From: a bacterium
GTDB lineage: Bacteria > UBA8248 > JACPRG01 > G963555815
Assembly (NCBI GenBank): GCA_965261595.1
Contig: CBDHDG010000001.1
Coordinates: forward strand, 96,001-160,000
DNA length: 64,000 nucleotides
Reading direction: 5' to 3'
Shown here in pieces: positions 1 through 7,787 of this stretch (position 1 is the first letter of the stretch; every line of letters starts with the position of its first letter). A program made the position numbers and the translations under genes. The notes under the pieces were generated by a model. It had not been told where the DNA came from. It was given only the letters and a program-made list of their open reading frames with translations, and did not search any database.

Positions 1-1051
1 AGTCCGCCATTTTGGGCCGCTCGATGTGGGCCACGTGGTGGACGCCGTGAATCCCGTCTTTGATCAGGACCAGCTCGGTCTCCCCGCCGGTCTCGTCCGC
101 CACCTGCTTGAGCCCGCTCCGCCGGCATGATCGCGTCCCGCTCACCATGCAGGATGTAGTAGGGGCACTTGAGGTTTTTCAAGACCCCCGCGAGGGTGAA
201 GGATTTGAGATAGTCCGCCGCCTCATCCCAGCTCCCGGCCTTCGTCACGAACTGAAAACCGTCCTTGATGACGGCCGGCATGGCCTCCCAGTTCCTGAAG
301 TCGTAAAAGGCCCCGTAGGAAACGCACGCGCGGAAGCGCGGCTCATGGGCGGCGCAGAGCGGGGCGTAATAACCGCCCAGGCTCCTGCCCAGGACCCCCA
401 CCCGCTCTCCGTCGATCTCCGGCCGGGTCAGGAGGTGGTCCAGGACCGCAATCGCCGTCCGCTCGAAACCGGGTTGCATGGGCAGGTCGATGTGGACATC
501 TCCCTGTCCCGGACCGTCATAGGCGAAGGTGGCGATCCCCCGGCGGAGGCAAAGGTTCTCAAACAGGTAGCTTTCCTCCTTCGTGCTTTCGAGTCCGCCG
601 ATGAGGACGACGCAAGGTACCTTCGGCCGGCCGACGGGCAGCTCAGGCACCCCGGCAGGACGGTCCCTTCGTAGGGGATCTCGACCCACTCGGCGGGGGG
701 GAGCAGGAGGGGCGCCGCCCGCCTGTAGAGATTTACCTTCCGGCGCTGGGCGGCGTTTTTCTTCTCCGGGTCGTGCCAGAAGAGAAATTGGCCGTAATGG
801 ACGTGGAGGCCGGCCATCCAAAGCTCCTCCCCAGCGGTCACCCGGGCCCCGCCTTTCAGGGCCTCCTCGCCCCGGGCCTCATGCCGGTCCGCCAGCTCGC
901 ACCAGACATCGAGCCAGTCCTCCCACGTCCGGGTCTTGGACCGCATCTCAACCAGGTCGTTGTGGTTGACGCCATCGGACAAAAACCGCGCGGTGTAGTA
1001 GTCCCACAACTTGGAGGCGTCGTATTTATCCGAAACAACATATTCGACCAT
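1..1051 (-). pseudogene. alpha/beta-hydrolase, 2,6-dihydroxypseudooxynicotine hydrolase-like; two frameshifts; runs off the window edge
   Basis: N-terminus is ORF 428..1051. After a shift near 642 another frame reads VVLIGGLESTKEE...YDGPGQG...GVLGRSLGGYYA...ILHGERD. After a second shift near 115 it reads LKQVADETGGETELVLIKDGIHGVHHVAHIERPKMAD. Confidence 0.8.
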
Positions 1052-1309
1052 GCTGGATCACTCCTGAGAACGAGACACTGCCTTTCACGCGATGGATTCA
1101 CCTGCGCCGCTTTGTCTTCTCGCCGACCGCACGAAATCCACCGCCTATCTTATCCGGATTTTTTTCCCGGAGGATAACCGAAATCTTGCGTGGCTTCTCG
1201 TGTCGGGGAAATGGTGACACGTATGATTCAGCAGCGCCGTCGGCGGTTTCGCCCCCACCCACAGCATGTTTCCCCCGCTCTAGGGTTTTGTTGGACACTC
1301 GATTGATCC

Positions 1310-1723
1310 ATGATTCATGGAGAAAGGGGTGTCGTGATGAACGAACAAAAGCAAGAGGGGGCTTTGGCGGAGGGCGCCCGTAGGGCGAACGGAGCCAAGG
1401 CCCCAGGGCATCGCAGTGAGCGGGGTCGGTTCTCCTGCCAGCGCAAGCGGGAGGCGGTCCTGCGTCTTTTGCGGGGCGAGAGCCTGGAGACGCTCTGCCG
1501 CGAGTTGGGCACGACAGCGGCTCGGCTTTCCGCCTGGCGCGAGGCGTTCCTTCGCGGGGGCGAGGCGGCGCTCAAAGCCCGCCCGGCGGATGAGCGGGCC
1601 GAGGAGAACGCCCGGCTCAAGGCCAAGGTGGGCGAACTCACGATGGAGGGCGAGGTCCTGCGGGAGAAGATCGACCGCCTGGAGGCCGGCCGCCCTTTAG
1701 CCGGCAGGAGGTGGAGGCGATGA
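1310..1723 (+). CDS. IS3-family transposase OrfA (HTH plus coiled coil)
   Basis: RFSCQRKREAVLRLLRGESLETLCRELG HTH and ENARLKAKVGELTME zipper; start may be ATG 1337. Confidence 0.85.
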   Translation: MIHGERGVVMNEQKQEGALAEGARRANGAKAPGHRSERGRFSCQRKREAVLRLLRGESLETLCRELGTTAARLSAWREAFLRGGEAALKARPADERAEENARLKAKVGELTMEGEVLREKIDRLEAGRPLAGRRWRR

Positions 1724-2628
1724 GTCAGGCCCGCTTCACCTCCACGGGCAGAGCCTACGGCCTGAAGCGGGTGTGCGCCCTTTGGGGCTTGGCGCGCTCC
1801 ACGGTCTACGCGCAACGGCGGCGAGAGGCGGTCCCCGTTCATGAACGCCCCACGCCCAATAAGCGCGGCCCTGTGGGCCCGTGCACCGATGCGGAACTCC
1901 TCGGCCACATCCGGCAGGTCCTGGAGGACTCTCCCTTCCATGGCGAGGGCTACCGCAAGGTGTGGGCGAGGCTGCGCTTCGCGGGCATCCGCACCAGCAA
2001 GGAGCGGGTGCGTCGCCTGATGCGGGAGGCGGGGCTTCAGGCCCCCCACCGGGTGGGCAAACCCCGAGGTCCCAAGGCCCACAACGGGACCATCCGCACC
2101 GAGCGGCCCGACCGAATGTGGGGCACGCACATGACGACGACGGTGACCACCGAGGAGGGGATGGCCTCGGTGTTCGTGGCGGTGGATCACTGCTCGGTGG
2201 ACTGCGTGGGGATCCATGCGGCCAAGAGCGGCAACCGCTTCGAGGCCCTGGAGCCGATCCGGCAGGGGGTCGCCGAGCGCTTCGCCGGCTTGGAGGCGGA
2301 CGTCGCCGAGGGGCTTAAAGTTCGTCACGACCACGGCCCCGCCTATCTGTCCGATGACTTTCAGCGGGAGATCGCCTACCTGGGCATGACCAGTTCGCCC
2401 AGCTTCGTGCGGGCGCCCGAGGGAAATGGCTACTGTGAGTGGTTCATCCGCATCTTGAAGGAGAATCTCCTGTGGGTGCGCTCTTTCGCCACCGTAGAGG
2501 AACTGCGGTGGGCGCTGCTTGAGTTCAAGAACCTGTACAACCATCATTGGATTCTCGAGGGCTACGGCTACCGAACGCCGGCCCAGGCAAGGCAGGAAAA
2601 ACTCGCTCAAGTTGCGGAGGCCGCATGA
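1720..2628 (+). CDS. IS3-family transposase OrfB (rve integrase core), probably inactive
   Basis: GYRKVWARL, RHDHG, PEGNG..E, LKE motifs. ATGA overlap with orfA. The first DDE Asp position reads His (WGTHMT). Confidence 0.85.
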   Translation: MSQARFTSTGRAYGLKRVCALWGLARSTVYAQRRREAVPVHERPTPNKRGPVGPCTDAELLGHIRQVLEDSPFHGEGYRKVWARLRFAGIRTSKERVRRLMREAGLQAPHRVGKPRGPKAHNGTIRTERPDRMWGTHMTTTVTTEEGMASVFVAVDHCSVDCVGIHAAKSGNRFEALEPIRQGVAERFAGLEADVAEGLKVRHDHGPAYLSDDFQREIAYLGMTSSPSFVRAPEGNGYCEWFIRILKENLLWVRSFATVEELRWALLEFKNLYNHHWILEGYGYRTPAQARQEKLAQVAEAA

Positions 2629-2754
2629 GGTCGAATACCCTCACCCGAGTGTCCAATAACCCAGGGGCGGTCCATGTTCGACGTATGGCTGGTCTTTCTT
2701 TTCGGGTTCGCGGGGTACGTCTTCCGCAAGCTCGACTACCCCCTAGAACCCTTG

Positions 2755-3121
2755 GTCCTGGCCCACGGCGGAGGAGCGCTTCCTTTCCTGATCGGCCGCC
2801 TCAACCTGGGTTACTACGCGCCCAAATATGAATTCAATACCGACTGCCAAAAAAACATCTCGCCCCCCCCCTGGGGAGTTCATCAAACAGCTTTATTTCG
2901 ACTCACTGGTCTCCAGCGGCGAATCCCTCCGGTTCCTGGTTGAGCTCGTCGGCGCGGATCGGGTGATGCTCGGGACGGACTTTCCCTTCGAAGTCGGCGA
3001 TTCGGAAGGGAAGGTGACGCTTCCGGTCGTCAACGAAATACCCGAGGCCGATCGGGGGAAAATCCTGTCGGGAAACGCGGCGGCGCTCCTGGCGGACGCG
3101 GGCGGCGGGAATAGCCATTGA
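2755..3121 (+). pseudogene. amidohydrolase_2 (ACMSD/LigJ-like) C-terminal remnant, frameshifted
   Basis: VLAHGGGALPFLIGRL, then a shift at the A7/C9 runs (2849-2871), then LYFDSLV...GADRVMLGTDFPF...KILSGNAAALL. Confidence 0.75.
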
Positions 3122-3163
3122 CATCCACCGATTTCCCAAGCCATTATAGTTGTCAGGCCAATT
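3118..3163 (+). promoter_or_regulatory. sigma70-like promoter with overlapping FadR/PdhR-type operator
   Basis: TTGACA at 3118-3123, CATTAT 18 nt later; AGTTGTCAGGCCAATT (3148-3163) resembles the FadR-subfamily TGGT-N3-ACCA palindrome. Confidence 0.5.
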
Positions 3164-3226
3164 CTCTGAGTGCTTGGCAGGACCCCCTGTCCGCCCCAAC
3201 CGGGCGGCGCGCAAGGTGCCCTTAGC

Positions 3227-4060
3227 TTGCAGCTTCAGGAAATCAAGAAGAGCCGGGTGTACGAGACCATCGTCACGCAGGTCCAAGACCTGATTGTCCG
3301 GGGGGACCTGAAAAACGGCGACCGCCTCCCGCCCGAAAGAGACCTCGTCGCGGCCTTCGGCGTGAGCCGGGCGTCGGTGAGAGAGGGCATCTGCGTCCTG
3401 GAATCCCTGGGGCTTGTGGAAAGCCGGGCGGGCAGCGGGACGTACGTCACGACGGCCAGCGTCGAGAACCTCATCCAGCCCCTTGCGCTCACCATCCTTC
3501 AGGAGCAGGACAGCATCCGGGAGATCTTCGAGGTCCGCCGGCTCATCGAGCCTCATCTGGCGGCTCTGGCAGCCGAGCGGGCGACGGAGGACGAAAGACA
3601 GGAGCTTCGGGCCATCGTTGAGCGCCACGGCGAGATACTGGACCGCGGCGAGACCGGGGCCGAGGCCGATGGGGAATTCCACCTCGCCATCGCCCGGGCG
3701 GCCCGCAACGCCGTGTTCCTGCGGCTGATCTTCGGCGTCCATGACCTTTTGCGGAAAAGCCGGGACCCCCGGTTTCAGACCGGCGGACGGCCGAAACAAT
3801 CCCTGAACGGCCACCTGGAAGTCCTGACGGCCATTGAGCGCGGCGACAGTGAGGGCGCACGCGGCGCCATGAACGCCCACTTGGCGACTGTGGAAGAATT
3901 CGTCTGGAAAAACATGCGGAAAGAGACCTCCGTGGCCGGAGGTCGGATTGGCCGGGCGGGCGTACCCCTGGCTCGGGCGGCCTCCGGGGCTCGCGCCGGG
4001 ACCAACAGAGGCCGGACCCGAGGGAGCGGCGCTGGACCGAGAGCAAAAAGAAAGGGTTGA
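3227..4060 (+). CDS. FadR/GntR family transcriptional regulator
   Basis: GDRLPPERDL...GVSRASVRE HTH plus FCD domain (EFHLAIA, H..I..AI); TTG 3227 is the likely start within ORF 3170..4060. Confidence 0.93.
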   Translation: MQLQEIKKSRVYETIVTQVQDLIVRGDLKNGDRLPPERDLVAAFGVSRASVREGICVLESLGLVESRAGSGTYVTTASVENLIQPLALTILQEQDSIREIFEVRRLIEPHLAALAAERATEDERQELRAIVERHGEILDRGETGAEADGEFHLAIARAARNAVFLRLIFGVHDLLRKSRDPRFQTGGRPKQSLNGHLEVLTAIERGDSEGARGAMNAHLATVEEFVWKNMRKETSVAGGRIGRAGVPLARAASGARAGTNRGRTRGSGAGPRAKRKG

Positions 4061-4107
4061 ACTCAAATGTCTGATCGAAACGCGGTAGCGCAACGGGAGA
4101 AGAGAGA

Positions 4108-5253
4108 ATGAGCATCGTCGCAGTCGAGATCGTCTACCGCGGCATCTTCCAGAAGCAGCTGGCCGGTAAGCTCAGCCGCTGCCTGGTCTTCGCAGCGCGG
4201 AAGGCGGGAAAGGTCGGAATCTCTTTCGGCCGTTACGGAGACTCTCCGGAGCGGAACGGGATACCGGCCAAGCAGTTCGCTTACATCGCGGACTCGCCCG
4301 AGGAACTGGAAGAGGTGGCCGCGCAGTACGAGCCCAAGTCGGTGGACGTGTCCATCGTGGCGGATGACACCCTGTGCAAGGGCGTCGAGTGCTGGGGGTG
4401 GTACGGTCTTCAGCCCATCAACGCCCTGACGAAAGAGAACGGCGTCCTGATCGTCACCTCCAAGAAAAAGCCCGAGGAACTCGTTCCGCACATTCACAAG
4501 AAGGACACGCCCTACCAGATCTGCGTCCTGGACGGCGAAGCCAGCTTCGCGGGCCTGTGGGTCTACAAAGATGACCACACCGACGCACGGATCCTGGGCG
4601 CCTTGGCGAAGGTCTGCCCCCAGCTTGCTGGCCTGACGGCCATGGAAGAGACCATCCGCGAGAACCTCAAGGATGAGGACGCCCTGGTGGAATCGGCCCG
4701 CTCCTCCCATGAGGACGCGAGCCTGACAACGGTCGATCCCGGAGAAGGCGAGCAGGAAGAACCCTTCAAGTTCGACTTGCCCGGCTGGAAGACCATGGAG
4801 GAGGGCCTGGTGGTCCGGGGAATCGATGTCGGCGGAGGCTTCCACGGCGAAGAGGGGGGCTACCAGCCCGGCCGCAACCCCTACTTCAAGAAGTGGAGCA
4901 CGCGCACCATGCGGCCGGTGGTCAACTTCGAGACGTGCACCAAGTGCACACTGTGCTGGATCGCCTGCCCGGATTCGTGCTTCGACGTCACACCCGAGCA
5001 CTACTACGACGCCAACATGGAATCCTGCTGCGGCTGCGGCGTCTGCGAGCAGATCTGTCCGGTGAAGGATTGCATCGTGATGGTCAACGAGACGGTCTTC
5101 ACCGACCGGGACAGCCAGTTCGAGATGTTCAAGGAGAACAAGGAAGAGTACGAGACGTGGCGGGCCGATGTGGTGGACGCGGGCCGCGTCGAAAACCGCA
5201 ACCCCGTGACCGGGTTCTCGCCGGCTTTTGGAGGACTTCCCCATGGCGCCTGA
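4108..5253 (+). CDS. 2-oxoacid:ferredoxin oxidoreductase fused gamma/delta subunit (oxalate oxidoreductase delta-like)
   Basis: Gamma domain followed by 2x[4Fe-4S] ferredoxin motifs CTKCTLCWIACP and CCGCGVCEQICP. Confidence 0.9.
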   Translation: MSIVAVEIVYRGIFQKQLAGKLSRCLVFAARKAGKVGISFGRYGDSPERNGIPAKQFAYIADSPEELEEVAAQYEPKSVDVSIVADDTLCKGVECWGWYGLQPINALTKENGVLIVTSKKKPEELVPHIHKKDTPYQICVLDGEASFAGLWVYKDDHTDARILGALAKVCPQLAGLTAMEETIRENLKDEDALVESARSSHEDASLTTVDPGEGEQEEPFKFDLPGWKTMEEGLVVRGIDVGGGFHGEEGGYQPGRNPYFKKWSTRTMRPVVNFETCTKCTLCWIACPDSCFDVTPEHYYDANMESCCGCGVCEQICPVKDCIVMVNETVFTDRDSQFEMFKENKEEYETWRADVVDAGRVENRNPVTGFSPAFGGLPHGA

Positions 5254-6457
5254 GACCGCCGTCCTCGAGCGCGAGGAGCTCATCAGCGGGAGTGAAGCCA
5301 TCGCCCACGCCTGCCGCCTGGCCGACGTGGACGTCATCACCGCCTACCCCATCCGGCCCTATGACACGGTCATGCAGTGCGTCGCCAAGATGATCGCCGA
5401 CGGCGACATGGACGCCGACTACATCGTGGCCGAGAGCGAGCACTCCCAGTTCGAGATCGTCAAGCACGCATCCGCCGTCGGAGCAAGGGTCTTCACCGGC
5501 AGCAGCGGTGTGGGCTGGTTCTACGCCATGGAGGCCCTGGCCGTGACGGCGGGGCTTCGTATTCCCGTCGTCGCCATGGTGGGCAACCGCGCCCTGGACG
5601 ACCCGGGGGCCTTCGGCACCGAGCACAACGACGCCCTGGCCGTCCGGGACCTGGGGTGGATGCTGACCTGGGTGGACACCGCCCAGGAGGCCCTGGACAC
5701 CGCCCTCATGGCCTTCCGGGTGGCCGAGAGCCGGGACGTCATGCTCCCCTGCGCCATCGCCACCGACGGGGCATTTCTCACCCACAGCCAGTCGCTGGTC
5801 ATGGTGCCCGACAAGGAGTCCGTGGACAATTACCTGCCCCCCTATGACCGGGGCGAGCTCCGGCTTCATCCCGACAACCCCATCACCATCGCCCCCCAGG
5901 TCAACGAGGACTGGCTGATGGAGATGCGCAAGCAGAGCGACGAGGGGATGAAGCGGGCCCGGGGCGTCCTGGAGGCGGCCCACGCCGATCTCCGGGCCAA
6001 ATTCGGCCGGGGCGGAGAATCCCCCTATCTGGAAGAGTACATGACCGAAGACGCCGACGCCGTCCTGGTCGGCATGGGGACCCTGGCCCTGCCCGTCCGG
6101 GTGGCCGTCCGCAAGGCCCGGGAGGCCGGCAAGAAGATCGGCTTCGTCCGCGTCAAGTGGTTCCGGCCCTTCGGCACCGAGCCCATCCAGGAATGCCTGA
6201 GCAAGTTCAAGGCGGTGGGCGTCGTGGATCGGGATTATTCGTTCGGCTCTCCGAACTGCGGCGGGGTGTTGTACACCGAGATCCGCTCCGCCCTCTACGA
6301 CGCGGACGCGCGTCCTCACGTCCTGGGGTACATCGCCGGATTGGGCGGCCGAGAGGTGACGCTCGGGACAACGAATGAGATCATCAACCAGACACTGGCC
6401 GCGGCGGCCGACGGAAAGGTCGAGGAAGCCGTGCGCTGGGTCGATGTGAGGGAGTAA
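5243..6457 (+). CDS. 2-oxoacid:ferredoxin oxidoreductase alpha subunit (oxalate oxidoreductase-like)
   Basis: AYPIRP, ESEH, GARVFTGSSGVG, FRPF, GLGGR motifs; GGAGG RBS before ATG 5243. Confidence 0.92.
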   Translation: MAPETAVLEREELISGSEAIAHACRLADVDVITAYPIRPYDTVMQCVAKMIADGDMDADYIVAESEHSQFEIVKHASAVGARVFTGSSGVGWFYAMEALAVTAGLRIPVVAMVGNRALDDPGAFGTEHNDALAVRDLGWMLTWVDTAQEALDTALMAFRVAESRDVMLPCAIATDGAFLTHSQSLVMVPDKESVDNYLPPYDRGELRLHPDNPITIAPQVNEDWLMEMRKQSDEGMKRARGVLEAAHADLRAKFGRGGESPYLEEYMTEDADAVLVGMGTLALPVRVAVRKAREAGKKIGFVRVKWFRPFGTEPIQECLSKFKAVGVVDRDYSFGSPNCGGVLYTEIRSALYDADARPHVLGYIAGLGGREVTLGTTNEIINQTLAAAADGKVEEAVRWVDVRE

Positions 6458-6462
6458 AGGAA

Positions 6463-7464
6463 ATGGCGGAAGACACCGCAATCCAGGTTCTCGAACCGAT
6501 CAAGAAGCTCAAGAACATCCCCCTCAAGCTGGTGGAGGAGTATTACACTTCCGGCCACCGGACGTGCCAGGGTTGCGAGTCGGCCCTGGTGATGAAGCTC
6601 ATGGCCAAGGCCGCCGGCCCCCGGACCATCATCCTCGGGAGCACCGGCTGTATGTACGTGGCCAACACCACCTACTACTCTACGCCATGGGTGGTGCCGT
6701 GGATGCACACCCAGCTCGGCTCCTCGGGCTCGGCCGCGACGGGGACCGCCGCCGGGCTTCGCGCGCTGATGCGCAAGGGCAAGATCGCCGAGGAGCCCAT
6801 CAACGTCATCGCCTTCTGCGGCGACGGCGGGGGGATGGATATGGGCATCGCGTCCATCTCGGCCGCCCTCCAGCACACCGAGTACAACCTGCTCATCATC
6901 ATGTACGACAACGAGTCCTACGCCAACACGGACATCCAGGCGTCCGGGGCCTCCCCCTGGGGGGTGAACACCACGTTCACCCCGCCGGGAAAGAAGCACC
7001 GGATCCTCCAGACCCGCTGGAAGAAGAACATGGCCGGGATGATGGCCGTCGGACATCCGGAGTGCCGCTACGTGGCCACGGCCGACGCCTCCTATCCCAC
7101 GGACCTCATCGACAAGGTCCGCAGAGGCCTCAGCATCCCGGGGCCGGCCTTCCTCCACACCCTCGACCCCTGCCCCAAGGGGTGGGACTACGACCCTTAC
7201 TTCTCCCACGAGCTGGGGGAACTGGCCTGCGAAACGGGGATCTGGCCGCTGTTCACGTGCGAGGACGGCAAAATCACCTACCAGAAGCCCACCCGGAACC
7301 TCATCAACGGCTACAAAAAGCGCAAGCCGGTCCGGGAATACATGGAGAAACAGGGCCGCTTCGCCCACTTCACCGATGAGGATTACGACTACTTCCAGGC
7401 GAAGATCGACAAGCAGTGGGAGACGTGGACCGTTCCCGGCGCCATTCCGATCCTCAAGGATTGA
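6463..7464 (+). CDS. 2-oxoacid:ferredoxin oxidoreductase beta (TPP-binding) subunit
   Basis: GHRTCQGC, TGCMYVAN, GDGG...DNESYANT, PCPKGW. Confidence 0.92.
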   Translation: MAEDTAIQVLEPIKKLKNIPLKLVEEYYTSGHRTCQGCESALVMKLMAKAAGPRTIILGSTGCMYVANTTYYSTPWVVPWMHTQLGSSGSAATGTAAGLRALMRKGKIAEEPINVIAFCGDGGGMDMGIASISAALQHTEYNLLIIMYDNESYANTDIQASGASPWGVNTTFTPPGKKHRILQTRWKKNMAGMMAVGHPECRYVATADASYPTDLIDKVRRGLSIPGPAFLHTLDPCPKGWDYDPYFSHELGELACETGIWPLFTCEDGKITYQKPTRNLINGYKKRKPVREYMEKQGRFAHFTDEDYDYFQAKIDKQWETWTVPGAIPILKD

Positions 7465-7496
7465 GCGGGGCGGAGACCGCACACTGACGCACGCCG

Positions 7497-7532
7497 GGGC
7501 CTCCGGGAGACTTTCTCCCGGAGGCCCTTTTG
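7497..7532 (+). terminator. intrinsic terminator
   Basis: gggcctccgggaga / tctcccggaggccc stem followed by a T-run. Confidence 0.8.
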
Positions 7533-7787
7533 CTTTCAGGGCCCAAGCCGCCCGCCGCCACCTTGCAACACCCCCCTATTGTCATTCCCGCGCAGACATG
7601 CCCCGATGAAAACCGGGTATGACCAAGGGGTCCAGGTGGGCTCAGCCTCCAATCCATGAGAGAATAATTCGCGTATCGGTTCATTTCGGTTGAACCGAAC
7701 CCATCGGCGGGCAGCGCACATCCAACAGGAGAGTCCCCGGGACGCCGTAGGGCCGCGAGGGAGGGAGGGGGGGGGAGGGGAGAATCC

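Larger units (their letters stand above)
1271..2674 (+). mobile_element. IS3-family insertion sequence, about 1.4 kb
   Basis: Imperfect terminal IRs (1271-1301 tcccccgctctagggttttgttggacactcg; 2646-2674 reverse complement tggaccgcccctgggttattggacactcg). TGTT direct repeat at 1267-1270 and 2675-2678. OrfA/OrfB organisation. Confidence 0.88.
1236..2763 (+). pseudogene. tctA: TctA tripartite tricarboxylate transporter fragment, interrupted by the IS
   Basis: Removing the IS and one TGTT copy gives AVGGFAPTHSMFDVWLVFLFGFAGYVFRKLDYPLEPLVLA, typical of the TctA C-terminal helices. Confidence 0.7.

Noticed and set aside
3910..4060. Basic Gly/Arg-rich tail of the GntR regulator as an extra domain
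   Set aside because: Low complexity; most simply a stop-codon read-through extension.
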